From Dendrobates tinctorius (Eukaryota): a stretch of DNA of 64,000 nucleotides. The stretch spans positions 1,054,001 through 1,118,000 of the forward strand of contig NW_027362117.1 of assembly GCF_039654945.1 (NCBI RefSeq), read 5' to 3'. The position numbers and the translations under genes are program-made. The notes under the pieces were generated by a model that saw nothing but the letters and a program-made list of their open reading frames with translations, was not told where the DNA came from and did no database searches. Positions 12,050-24,358 of this stretch are shown here, piece by piece (position 1 is the stretch's first letter; every line of letters starts with the position of its first letter).

Positions 12050-14610
12050 AGTACTACTCCCCCAGTGGTGCTGGCACTACTCCTCCAGGGTGCTGGCACT
12101 ACTCCCCCATGGTGCCGGCACTACTCCCCCCCAGGGTGCTGGCACTACTCCCCCATGGTGCTGGCACTACTCCCCCCAGGATGCCGACACTACTCCCCCC
12201 AGGGTGCCGGCACTACTCCCCCCATGGTGCTGGCACTACTCCCCCCAGGGTGCTGATACTACTCCCCCCATGGTGCCGGCACTACTCCCCCCAGGGTGCC
12301 GACACTATTCCCCCCATGGTGCCGGCACTACTCCCCCCATGGTGCTGCCACTACTCCCCCCCCATGGTGCTGGCACTACTCCCCCCATGGTGCTGGCACT
12401 ACTCCCCCCAGGGTGCTGGCACTACTCCCCCCATGGTGCTGGCACTACTCCCTCCATGGTGGTGGCACTACTCCCCCCATGGTGCTGCCACTACTCCCCC
12501 CATGGTGCTGGCACTACTCCCCCCATGGTGCTGACACTACTCTCCCCATGGTGCTGGCATGACTCCCCCATGGTGCTGCCACTATTCCCCCCATGGTGCC
12601 AGCACTACTCCCCCCATGTTGCTGCCACTACTCCCCCCCCATGGTGCTGGCACTACTCCCCCCATGGTGCTGGCACTACTCCCCCCAGGGTGCTGGCACT
12701 ACTCCCCCCATGGTGGTGGCACTACTCCCCCCATGGTGCTGCCACTACTCCCCCCATGGTGCTGGCACTACTCCTCCCATGGTGTTGACACTACTCCCCC
12801 CATGATGCTGGCACTACTCCCCCCATGGTGTTGGCATGACTCCCCCATGGTGCTGGCACTACTCCCCCCATGGTGCTGGCACTACTCCCCCCCAGGGTGC
12901 TGGCACTACTCCCCCATGGTGCGGGCACTGCTCCCCCCAGGGTGCTGGCACTACTCCCCCCATGGTGCTGGCATGACTCCCCCATGGTGCTGCCACTACT
13001 CCCCCCATGGTGTTGGCATGACTCCCCCATGGTGCTGCCACTACTCCCCCATGGTGCTGGCACTACAACCCCATGGTGCTAGCACTACTCCCCCCATGGT
13101 GTTGTCATGACTCCCCCATGGTGCTGCCACTCCTCCCCCCATGGTGCTGGCACTACTCCCCCCATGGTGCTGGCACTACAACCCCATGATGCTGGCACTA
13201 CTCCCCCCATGGTGCTGGCACTACTCCCCCATGGTGCTGGCACTACTCCCCCCATGGTGCTGGCACTTCTCCCCCATGGTGCTGGCAGTACTCCCCCCAT
13301 GGTGTTGGCATGACTCCCCCATGGTGCTGCCACTACTCCCCCCATGATGCTGGCACTACTCCCCCCATGGTGTTGGCATGACTCCCCCATGGTGCTGGCA
13401 CTAATCCCCCCCCAGGGTGCTTGCACTACTCCCCCCATGGTGCTGGCACTACTCCCCCCATGGTGCTGGCACTACTCCCCCCAGGGTGCTGGCACTATTC
13501 CCCCCATGGTGCTGGCACTACTCCCCCCCATGGTGCTGGCACTACTCCCCCCCATGGTGCTGGCACTACTCCCCCCAGGGTGCTGGCACTATTCCCCCCA
13601 TGGTGCTGGCACCACTCCCCCCATGGTGCTGCCACTACTCCCCCCATGGTGCTGGCACTATTCCCCCCATGGTGCTGGCACTACTCCCCCCATGGTGCTG
13701 CCACTACTCCCCCCCAGGGTGCTGGCACTACTTCCCCCCAGGGTGCTGGCACTACTCCCCCCATAGTGCTGCCACTACTCCCCCCATGGTGCTGGCACTA
13801 CTCCCCCCATGGTGCTGGCACTACTCCCCCCCCATGGTGCTGCCACTACTCCCCCCCAGGGTGCTGGCACTACTTCCCCCCATGGTGCTGGCACTACTCC
13901 CCCCCAGGGTGCTGGCACTACTTCCCCCCATGGTGCTGGCACTACTCCCCCAGGGTGCTGGCACTACTCCCCCCATGGTGCTGGCACTACTCCCCCCCCA
14001 TGGTGCTGCCACTACTCCCCCCCAGGGTGCTGGCACTACTTCCCCCCATGGTGCTGGCACTACTCCCCCCATGGTGCTGGCACTACTTCCCCCCATGGTG
14101 CTGGCACTACTCCCCCCAGGGTGCTGGCACTACTTCCCCCCATGGTGCTGGCACTACTCCCCCCATGGTGCTGCCACTACTCCCCCCATAGTGCTGCCAC
14201 TACTCCCCCATGGTGCTGGCACTACTCCCCCCCCATGGTGCTGCCACTACTCCCCCATGGTGCTGGCACTACTCCCCCCATGGTGCTGCCACTACTCCCC
14301 CCATAGTGCTGCCACTACTCCCCCATGGTGCTGGCACTACTTCCCCCCATGGTGCTGCCACTACTCCCCCCATGGTGCTGGCACTACTTCCCCCCATGGT
14401 GCTGGCACTACTCCCCCCATGGTGCTGCCACTACTCCCCCCATAGTGCTGCCACTACTCCCCCATGGTGCTGGCACTACTCCCCCCATGGTGCTGCCACT
14501 ACTCCCCCCATAGTGCTGCCACTACTCCCCCATGGTGCTGGCACTACTCCCCCATGGTGCTGGCACTACTTCCCCCCATGGTGCTGGCACTACTTCCCCC
14601 CAGGGTGCTC
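12050..14610 (+). repeat. About 23-bp C-rich minisatellite, about 110 copies
   Basis: Unit CCCCATGGTGCTGGCACTACTCC with a variable C-run. Explains all ORFs in 12065-14779. Confidence 0.95.
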
Positions 14611-14614
14611 TCTG

Positions 14615-14738
14615 CCGTTGAGGGTTGTGTCAGCGCTTCCTGTCGCTCTTGTCGCCTTCGTTTTCCTTCCTTTTCTTCGCTGTCGTTGCAGTCACCAGAT
14701 TAAGGCGCTTTGTGTCCGGAGCGGAGAGGCCGGGGCTG
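14615..14738 (+). other. ARHGDIB: Candidate non-coding first exon of ARHGDIB
   Basis: CpG-containing unique stretch ending in the donor CTG|GTAAGC (GT at 14739). The ATG exon starts with an acceptor at 21399, so an upstream UTR exon is required. Start is approximate. Confidence 0.4.
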
Positions 14739-15428
14739 GTAAGCAGCTTCTGACTTTGGGGGGGGGGGTTGGATTGTGATCATGGCCGGGGGACACGGGG
14801 GTCAGAGGCCAACAGCTTGCTGTCAGGTGGTGGGACTACAGGTCTCAGCAATACCTGCAGCCATCATCTCCTCCTTACTGGTTCAGCTGGAGCCCAGGAC
14901 AATCACTCCCATCATCTTCTCACAATGCTGGGAGTGCTGCATTGATGCATGAATATACTGCGCTATAGTCGTCCTGTCCCCCATGCTTTATACTCCAGTC
15001 ACAGCCAGAGCTGCACTCACTTTTTGTTAATATATTTGAGGCCAAACTTTGTGCTCCTGAAAAGTGTCCAGAAAAGAAGGCGACGCTGATGGGAGTTATA
15101 ACCCGCAGATCTGTAAATGTGGCGGGTGAAAAAAAATTCCATGTTTGTAGCAAAAATCTGGAGAAAATCCTTCCCCCCGTGCGTCACTGGGATGAGTTTG
15201 GCGCAGTTTCTGCATCGTCCAGGTTTGAGACCCACCATACTTTACACTGCAGCCACACCCAGAGCTGTAGTCGCACATCCCTGCTGGTTCAGTATCTGCG
15301 CTCTGCTGTGGTGTGGGATATTGGGGGGCGCGGTGAGGACTGCGGGGTGACTCTTGCTCTGGGATTTGGGGGTCACATTCTGCATCACTTCCCTTTCAGC
15401 TGCTGGTTTATGTCATCTGAGGCTGTAG

Positions 15429-15740
15429 GGCTCTGTGCACACGTTAAGGATTTCTGCATCTCTTAGCAGGAAAATCTTTGTGTAAAATAGGTCATTTTTT
15501 TGCTGCGCTTTTCCCATTCATTAATATGGGTGAAATCTGCAGCAAAAACTCTGAAAGAAAAGGGTTAATTCATTCTGTAGATGTGAATCTGCACCGAATC
15601 TGCAGCAGCAAGTCACAAATATGCACCGTGTGCACGAGACGTCGGCTTCTCATTCACTTTGCTGGGACTAGGAAACCCTGCGGCTTTGTGACAAATCTGC
15701 GCTGAGAAAAGGCAGCAAAAACGCAACGTCTGCACACAGT
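15429..15740. mobile_element. Harbinger-type MITE, degenerate
   Basis: Imperfect TIRs GGCTCTGTGCACACGTT ... AACGTCTGCACACAGTC. Confidence 0.6.
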
Positions 15741-15743
15741 CTT

Positions 15744-16477
15744 TGGCTATGTTCACATCTTGCTATTTTTTTTTTCTGCAGGCAAAAGCTGCTCACAATG
15801 TGTCATTTGTCAGCAGTATATGTTTAATAAAGTTAGTTTAATCACCAAAAACGCAGCACAATAGCAGCATAACAGCAGCGCAGTAGCAGCACAACAACAG
15901 CAGCACAATAGCAGCACAATAGCAGCGCAGTAGCAGCACAATAGCAGCGCAATAGCAGCACAACAACAGCAGCGCAATAGCAGCACAATAGCAGCGCAAT
16001 AGCAGTACAACAGCAGCGCAGTAGCAGCACAACAACAGCAGCGCAGTAGCAGCACAATAGCAGCGCAATAGCAGCACAATAGCAGCCCAATAGCAGCACA
16101 ATAGCAGCCCAATAGCAGCACAACAACAGCAGCGCAATAGCAGCACAATAGCAGCGCAGTAGCAGCACAACAACAGCAGCGCAGTAGCAGCACAACAGCA
16201 GCGCAATAGCAGCACATTAGCAGAGCGCGTTGCGTTACTTCCGGCTCTTTTGCACTTTTTTGTTGCTTTCTATGGGGAAAAAAACGCTGAAGCAATTGAC
16301 GTGCCGCTGATAAAAAAAACCACCGCTACTACCCAATTTTGTCAGGAAAAAAATAATCACTCGTGTGCAGATTTCTGACATCTCAGAAGTTTTGTTGGTT
16401 CTGTAAAAATCAGCTTTTAATTTGCATAAAAAAGCAACAAAAAATTGCAGCAAAAATGCAACGTGTGAGCGCAGCCT
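15744..16477. mobile_element. Harbinger-type MITE with internal AGC/AAT simple-repeat expansion (15855-16220)
   Basis: GGCTATGTTCACAT ... GTGTGAGCGCAGCC; internal AGCAGCACAAT-type repeats. Confidence 0.7.
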
Positions 16478-17083
16478 GAGTCTTGTAACAGAGCTGTGGC
16501 CCCTGCGTGGAGTAAGGGCCTGGCCCGTCACCCCTGATGTTATTCTGGTGTGAGCGCAGATATAGGGAACTTGCACTTTGAGGAATTGCTGTTCATGCAG
16601 TTTTACCCCTTAAAGGGCCGGTATCCCCTGGATCAGTGATGCAGCGATGCTGGATACAATGTATCTCGGCTGTATCCTCGGGGATTATCGCTGCAGATCA
16701 TCATGGACTTGTTGTTGTTGTGCTCAGCGGGATGTTCTGGCCGCGCCGGGTAATTCTCACATATGTCCATGATCCACTTAAAGGATCAACCAGAGCTAAG
16801 TACAGAGCAGGGTAAAGTCACAGCTCACGAGGCCGGAGACACTGGTGCCCCCCCGCCTCTGCCTATGGGACCAGCGGTGGAAGCGACGACTGTGGGACAC
16901 GAAAATGGAGGAATCAGGGCCGAGCCACGAAGAGTATTACCATCTTGTGGACCGTGGCCGTCATGTGGACCGTGGCCCGTGTGAGATCACGTGTGCTATG
17001 CAACATTGATTCTGATTCCAGCATGAAACATCCATAGGAAGAATGATCGTCAAGAGGGGGCTGGGAGGTGTCTGGGCGGCCAT

Positions 17084-17235
17084 CAGTGTCGGACTGGTGC
17101 CAAGGGCCCACCAGTATCATTGACTTTGGGGCCCAAAGTACCAAGTATGGCCCATATAGTGGGGTTGGGGGTCCATGTCTGCACAGGGGCCCGCCGGGGG
17201 ATTCCCCTGTTCCCCTATGGGCCAGTCCGAGCCTG
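17084..17235. mobile_element. hAT-type MITE
   Basis: TIR CAGTGTCGGACTGG / CCAGTCCGAGCCTG; 8-bp TSD GCGGCCAT / GCCGCCAT (7/8). Confidence 0.75.
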
Positions 17236-17409
17236 GCCGCCATTGTCAGGAGCGGCCCCTCATATAGAGTCAGCGGAAGCGGTGACACGTGGCGTCTCGT
17301 GGCGATGACTTCCTCGTACAGCCGCACATTTGTGCTATATTCTCCTGCTAACGTCTCAATACAGAGTTTCCTTTTAAGGCTTTAAGTCATGAAATATCAA
17401 ACTGGGGAA

Positions 17410-20400
17410 GTCATAGTGATCCTGTGCCTCAGTGTAAGGGAATCTATGGTGATCCTGTGCCTCAGTGTAAGGGAATCCATAGTGATCCTGTGCCTCAGTA
17501 TAAGGGAATCCATGGTGATCCTGTGCCTCAGTGTAAGGGAATCCATAGTGATCCTGTGCCTCAGTGTAAGGGAATCTATGGTGATCCTGTGCCTCAGTGT
17601 AAGGGAATCCATAGTGATCCTGTGCCTCAGTATAAGGGAATCCATGGTGATCCTGTGCCTCAGTGTAAGGGAATCCATAGTGATCCTGTGCCTCAGTATA
17701 AGGGAATCCATGGTGATCCTGTGCCTCAGTGTAAGGGAATCCATAGTGATCCTGTGCCTCAGTATAAGGGAATCCACAGTGATCCTGTGCCTCAGTGTAA
17801 GGGAATCCATAGTGATCCTGTGCCTCAGTGTAAGGGAATCCATGGTGATCCTGTGCCTCAGTGTAAGGGAATCTATGGTGATCCTGTGCCTCAGTGTAAG
17901 GGAATCCATAGTGATCCTGTGCCTCAGTATAAGGGAATCCATGGTGATCCTGTGCCTCAGTGTAAGGGAATCCATAGTGATCCTGTGCCTCAGTATAAGG
18001 GAATCCATGGTGATCCTGTGCCTCAGTGTAAGGGAATCCATAGTGATCCTGTGCCTCAGTATAAGGGAATCCACAGTGATCCTGTGCCTCAGTATAAGGG
18101 AATCCACAGTGATCCTGTGCCTCAGTGTAAGGGAATCCATAGTGATCCTGTGCCTCAGTGTAAGGGAATCCACAGTGATCCTGTGCCTCAGTATAAGGGA
18201 ATCCACAGTGATCCTGTGCCTCAGTGTAAGGGAATCCATAGTGATCCTGTGCCTCAGTGTAAGGGAATCCACAGTGATCCTGTGCCTCAGTGTAAGGGAA
18301 TCCATAGTGATCCTGTGCCTCAGTGTAAGGGAATCCACAGTGATCCTGTGCCTCAGTATAAGGGAATCCACAGTGATCCTGTGCCTCAGTATAAGGGAAT
18401 CCACAGTGATCCTGTGCCTCAGTGTAAGAGAATCCATAGTGATCCTGTGCCTCAGTGTAAGGGAATCCATAGTGATCCTGTGCCTCAGTGTAAAGGAATC
18501 CATAGTGATCCTGTGCCTCAATGTAAGGGAATCCATGGTGATCCTGTGCCTCGGTGTAAGGGAATCTATGGTGATCCTGTGCCTCAGTGTAAAGGAATCC
18601 ATGGTGATCCTGTGCCTCAGTGTAAGGGAATCCATGGTGATCCTGTGCCTCAGTGTAAGGGAATCCATGGTGATCCTGTGCCTCAGTGTAAGGGAATCTA
18701 TGGTGATCCTGTGCCTTAGTGTAAAGGAATCCATGGTGATCATGTGCCTCAGTGTAAGGGAATCCATGGTGATCCTGTGCCTCAGTGTGAGGGAATCCAT
18801 GGTGATCCAGTGCCTCAGTATAAGGGAATCCACAGTGATCCTGTGCCTCAGTGTAAGGGAATCCATAGTGATCCTGTGCCTCAGTGTAAGGGAATCCACA
18901 GTGATCCTGTGCCTCAGTGTAAAGGAATCCATAGTGATCCTGTGCCTCAATGTAAGGGAATCCATGGTGATCCTGTGCCTCACTATAAGGGAATCCATGG
19001 TGATCCTGTGCCTCAGTGTAAGGGAATCCATAGTGATCCTGTGCCTCAGTGTAAGGGAATCCATGGTGATCCTGTGCCTCAGTGTAAGGGAATCCATGGT
19101 GATCCTGTGCCTCAGTGTAAAGGAATCCATGGTGATCCTGTGCCTCAGTGTAAGGGAATCCTTGGTGATCCTGTGCCTCAGTGTAAGGGAATCCATGGTG
19201 ATCCTGTGCCTCAGTGTAAGGGAATCCACAGTGATCCTGTGCCTCAGTGTAAGGGAATCCACAGTGATCCTGTGCCTCAGTGTAAAGGAATCCATAGTGA
19301 TCCTGTGCCTCAATGTAAGGGAATCCATGGTGATCCTGTGCCTCACTGTAAGGGAATCCATGGTGATCCTGTGCCTCACTGTAAGGGAATCCATGGTGAT
19401 CCTGTGCCTCAGTGTAAGGGAATCCATGGTGATCCTGTGCCTCAGTGTAAGGGAATCCATGGTGATCCTGTGCCTCAGTGTAAGGGAATCTATGGTGATC
19501 CTGTGCCTTAGTGTAAAGGAATCCATGGTGATCCTGTGCCTCAGTGTAAAGGAATCCACGGTGATCCTGTGCCTCAGTATAAGGGAATCCACAGTGATCC
19601 TGTGCCTCAGTGTAAGGGAATCCATAGTGATCCTGTGCCTCAGTGTAAGGGAATCCACAGTGATCCTGTGCCTCAGTGTAAGGGAATCCATAGTGTTCCT
19701 GTGCCTCAATGTAAGGGAATCCATGGTGATCCTGTGCCTCACTGTAAGGGAATCCATGGTGATCCCGTGCCTCAGTGTAAGGGAATCCATGGTGATCCTG
19801 TGCCTCAGTATAAGGGAATCCACAGTGATCCTGTGCCTCAGTGTAAGGGAATCCATAGTGATCCTGTGCCTCAGTGTAAGGGAATCCATGGTGATCCTGT
19901 GCCTCAGTGTAAGGGAATCCATGGTGATCCTGTGCCTCAGTGTAAGGGAATCTATGGTGATCCTGTGCCTTAGTGTAAAGGAATCCATGGTGATCCTGTG
20001 CCTCAGTGTAAGGGAATCCATGGTGATCCTGTGCCTCAGTATAAGGGAATCCACAGTGATCCTGTGCCTCAGTGTAAGGGAATCCATAGTGATCCTGTGC
20101 CTCAGTGTAAGGGAATCCATGGTGATCCTGTGCCTCAGTGTAAGGGAATACATGGTGATCCTGTGCCTCAGTGTAAGGGAATCCACAGTGATCCTGTGCC
20201 TCAGTGTAAAGGAATCCATAGTGATCCTGTGCCTCAATGTAAGGGAATCCATGGTGATCCTGTGCCTCAGTGTAAGGGAATCCATGGTGATCCTGTGCCT
20301 CAGTGTAAGGGAATCCATAGTGATCCTGTGCCTCAGTGTAAGGGAATCCATGGTGATCCTGTGCCTCAGTGTAAGGGAATCCATGGTGATCCTGTGCCTC

Positions 20401-20532
20401 AGTGTAAGGCAATCCATGGTGATCCTGTGCCTCAGTGTAAGGGAATCTATGGTGATCCTGTGCCTCAGTGTAAGGGAATCTATGGTGATCCTGTGCCTCA
20501 GTGTAAGGGAATCCATGGTGATATTGTGCCTT
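17410..20532 (+). repeat. 33-bp minisatellite, about 95 copies, upstream of the first ARHGDIB coding exon
   Basis: Unit GTGATCCTGTGCCTCAGTGTAAGGGAATCCATG. The length is divisible by 3, which produces the >1000-aa ORFs on both strands. Confidence 0.97.
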
Positions 20533-20533
20533 A

Positions 20534-21050
20534 GGCCCCTTTCACATGTCCATGTCTCCGGTACGTGAGGTGACAGTTTTCACACTTACCGGAGACACTG
20601 ACAAATGTACAACAATTACACCTATTCAAATGAATGGGTCACTGCACGTGTCAGTGTGTTTCCATAGACCATGTGTCCGTGGCCAAAACACGCTGACATT
20701 TCCATTTTTTGCCATCATCGCGGACGGCAAATCGACCCACACACGGAGAACACACATTGATCCTCCGTGTGCCACGGACAGCCGCCGGGAAGAAGCGCTA
20801 CTACAAGTGCCGGTCCCCGGCGGCTGGTGCTGACGCCGGCTGTGATCATTCTCCCCTGCGCTGCCGGTGAGCAGAGGAGAATGATGAGCGTTATATTAAA
20901 GCCCGAACGACAGCGGGTGGGGGCTGTGGAAGACCCCGATCATCCGACACCTGCTGTCGCTAATAGCAGTGACCGTAGGTGCGGATCCTCGGAGTGGCTA
21001 CACAGCTCCATTTTTACTACTGTAATTTAGTCACTTGTGTGAATGACGCC
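20534..21050. mobile_element. Harbinger-type MITE, degenerate
   Basis: TTA-GGCCCCTTTCACATG ... TGTGTGAATGACGCC-TAA. Confidence 0.65.
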
Positions 21051-21404
21051 TAAGGAACGGCGCAGCACAGTATTTACGATAGGCAAAGACCAAAACACTT
21101 TCTGGTTGTCCTAACCAAAGGGAACGCTCAGCCTGCGGCCGCCCGGCTGGGACCATTTCTTGTTTTCATTTTTATTTATTCTTCTTGTGATACAAATGAC
21201 CCAAAATAAACTGTTACAGATGATACAAATGTTACTGACATTTCTATTGTTCTTTTGCTGCACAATAATAACTCAATGGCAGGATGTATTAACCCTTTGC
21301 TCATTTATTGCACCTTTCAGTTACTTCTTGTATTTATAGGATTATTTGATACATTTATATAATGATCCACCACATTGTATTTCTTTTCTTACCCCCAGAT
21401 CACG

Positions 21405-23992
21405 ATGTCGGAGCAGGCGGCAGTCGTTCATGACCTGGAGGATGATGATGAGTTAGATGGAAAGCTAAATTACAAACCTCCGCCCCAAAAATCTCTTCAA
21501 GAAATCCAGGAGCTGGATAAGGACGATGAAAGTTTAGAAAAGTACAAGAAGTCACTACTGGGAGCAGGGCCGGTGGTCACAGGTATGGCGTCTACACCAG
21601 TGGCTGAAGAGGGCGAGGACCACTGATGGTCACCTTCAGTGTGCATGCTGGTCGTCACCCAGCTCTCCGGACACCCATACCGGCACATACCGTACATCTA
21701 CCCTTTAGGGTTTGTGCACACGGTGCGGAGTCTGCTGCAGATCCGCAGCAGTTCTGCAGGCAGTGTACAGTATAATGTTATCCTATGGGTTTTCAAATCC
21801 GCAGTGCACATGCTGCGGATTTTTCCGTGCGGAAAAGCTGCGGTTTGAAATCTGCAGCATGTCAATTCTTTCTGCGGATTCCGCAGCGGTTTGCCTCCTA
21901 TTCCATTGTCCAGGTGTCAATCCGCATGGAAAAATCCGCAGGTGAATCCGCAGCGTGTGCACATACCCTTAATGTAGAGTGAAACTGAGTGTCAGTCTTC
22001 ACTGTAGTTCTGGCATTATAATCGTGAACCAGGGAGCTCAGTATGAGCAGAGCCATAGGCCTAGATTCAACCAGTTTGTCGTACTCTGTATCCAGGTCTC
22101 ACATCATACTGGCAGTGAGATGTTCTGCAGCTCAAGAGGAAGTGGTTTTATAGAGACCAGAATGCAATAAGCTGCGGCAGCCATCAGGAAATGTCTTAAA
22201 AAAAAGCAAATGGAAAGTTTCGCAAGAGTTTCTATAATCTCAAGATGCTGCAGAGCTGAACTCCTCACTGCACAGTTCACTGTCTGCAGACTGGAGGGAG
22301 CGGGTACATGGGGTGCAGAAGGCACTGAAGCCCCCCACTACATGAGAATCTGACCCCACCAGTCATCTATAACATTCCACCTATTACTGCTGACAACCTG
22401 CCTGTCCATCGTGTGTCAGCGGTTGTCAGCTCCGCCCCATGTTACTGGCTTTTCTCACACTGATTCTTGTGTCTTATAATTTAATATTTTTCAGACCCAA
22501 GTGCTCCGAATGTGACAGTCACTCGCCTCACACTAGTCTGCGACGCAGCGCCCGGACCCATCACAATGGATCTCACTGGTAACTAATAGAGAACGAGGAT
22601 TATTATGGTTTTTAAATCAATTATTCAGTAAAAGTGAAATTGTATTTGCTACAGTTCTTCATGAACGTATCACTGCTTTTCTGATGTCACAGGAGACATA
22701 ACAACCCTGAAAAAAGAAGCGTTCGCTCTGAAAGAAGGTGTCGAATACAAAGTGAAAATCTGCTTCAAAGTGAGTGAGAAATTATAAATGATTATACATA
22801 ATTATACAGTCATTGCATTATATATCCTGCATTATACCCCAGAGCTGCACTCACTATTCTGCTGGTGCAGTCACTGTGTACATACATTACATTACTGATC
22901 CTGAGTTACCTCCTGTATTATACTCCAGAGCTGCACTCACTATTCTGCTGGTGCAGTCACTGTGTACATACATTACATTACTGATCCTGAGTTACATCCT
23001 GTATTATACCCCAGAGCTGCACTCACTATTCTGCTGGTGCAGTCACTGTGTACATACATTACTGATCCTGAGTTACATCCTGTATTATACTCCAGAGCTG
23101 CACTCACTATTCTGCTGGTGCAGTCACTGTGTACATACATTACATTACTGATCCTGAGTCACATCCTGTATTATACCCCAGAGCTGCACTCACTATTCTG
23201 CTGGTGCAGTCACTGTGTACATACATTACTGATCCTGAGTTACATCCTGTATTATACTCCAGAGCTGCACTCACTATTCTGCTGGTGCAGTCACTGTGTA
23301 CATACATTACATTACTGATCCTGAGTTACCTCCTGTATTATACCCCAGAGCTGCACTCACTATTCTGCTGGTTGCTATTGTTATGACTGTTGGCAATATT
23401 TTGCGTATTCTCTGATCCGCTTACAGCAGCTTTCTGTAGGTGCAGTGATATCACTTGTTAAAATGAAATGGGAGAGTTCAGCTCTGAAGCTGCAGAAAGT
23501 GAATGTTCCATTTGCTGATTTTTTTCCTTTCTCTTGTAGGTAAATAAGGAAATCGTCTCTGGGCTGAAGTACGTGCAGCACACCTACCGCGCGGGGGTGA
23601 AAGGTAAATGTCAGAATGCAGGAGTAACACAGAGCGCTCAGAGCAGCGTTCCCTTCGCTGCTGATCCGCTCGCACCTCTGTTGGGGAACTCGCCGGTCTC
23701 GGTCTTCTCCCCTAAACCTGCATGTGTCGTTGCTGAGGATTTGTTACAATGTGTCTCTGATTCTGGACCTTTCTCCCATTTCTTCCGTCCAGTCGCTAAA
23801 GCCACGTTTATGGTGGGAAGTTACGGCCCTCGACCCGACGAATACGAGTTCTTGACGCCTTTGGAAGAAGCTCCGAAAGGAATATTAGCTCGAGGAACCT
23901 ATCACAACAAGTCGTTCTTCACCGACGACGACAATCACAATCATCTAACCTGGGAGTGGAACCTGACCATCCGCAAGGAGTGGAGCGAATAA
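21405..23992 (+). CDS. ARHGDIB: Rho GDP-dissociation inhibitor 2 (RhoGDI beta / Ly-GDI), 200 aa
   Basis: Coding exons 21405-21582, 22495-22578, 22693-22769, 23540-23603, 23793-23992 (603 nt, GT-AG, phases consistent). Motifs [102 protein letters not shown] caspase-type site and ERP27/MGP synteny indicate the beta paralogue. Confidence 0.96.
21708..21968. mobile_element. Harbinger-type MITE in an ARHGDIB intron
   Basis: TTA-GGGTTTGTGCACAC ... GTGTGCACATACCC-TTA. Confidence 0.85.
22825..23372 (+). repeat. 86-bp (81-bp variant) satellite in an ARHGDIB intron
   Basis: Unit TACTCCAGAGCTGCACTCACTATTCTGCTGGTGCAGTCACTGTGTACATACATTACATTACTGATCCTGAGTTACATCCTGTATTA, about 6 copies. Confidence 0.95.
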
Positions 23993-24136
23993 CGGACTGA
24001 ATCTAATGCTACAATGTTACTCCATGGAAACCATCAGCATGGATGATACCAGTGCGCTTCACAAAGCACATATTAGCCAATGCCTGCATCCACCACTAGG
24101 GGGAGACCTGTGTGCAGCTCATATCAGAAGGGATAT

Positions 24137-24358
24137 TGGCTCAGTGGTTAGCACTGCAGCGCTGGGGCCCTGGGTTCAAATCCCACCAAGGACAACATCT
24201 GCAAGGAGTTTGTATGTTCTCCCTGTGTTTGCGTGGGTTTCCTCCGGTTTCCTCCCACATTGGGGAATTTAGATTGTGAGCCCCATTGGGGACAGGGATG
24301 ATAATGTCTGTAAAGCGCTGTGGAATTAATGGCGCTATATAAATCAGTAAAATAAATA
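24137..24358 (+). mobile_element. tRNA-derived V-type SINE with L2-like 3' tail, downstream of the ARHGDIB stop
   Basis: A box TGGCTCAGTGG, B box GGTTCAAATCC, V-domain-like GAGTTTGTATGTTCTCCCTGTGTTTGCGTGGGTTTCCTCCGGTTTCCTCCCACA, tail TGTAAAGCGCTGTGGAATTAATGGCGCTATATAAAT. Confidence 0.82.

Noticed and set aside
12065-14779. Pro/His/Trp-rich ORFs
   Set aside because: Translations of the 23-bp minisatellite with constant frame switching.
15810-16295. Cys-rich metallothionein- or keratin-associated-like ORFs
   Set aside because: Simple AGC/AAT repeat inside a MITE, open in all three minus frames.
17410-20532. CRISPR array
   Set aside because: Units are contiguous with no unique spacers, there are no cas genes, and the DNA is eukaryotic. 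The same applies to all other arrays.
17374-20568. 1012-1059 aa ORFs as real genes
   Set aside because: They result from a 33-bp unit, are open in several frames on both strands and have no unique domain.
24137-24200. tRNA gene
   Set aside because: A and B boxes are present but there is no cloverleaf, and it continues into a SINE body and LINE-like tail.
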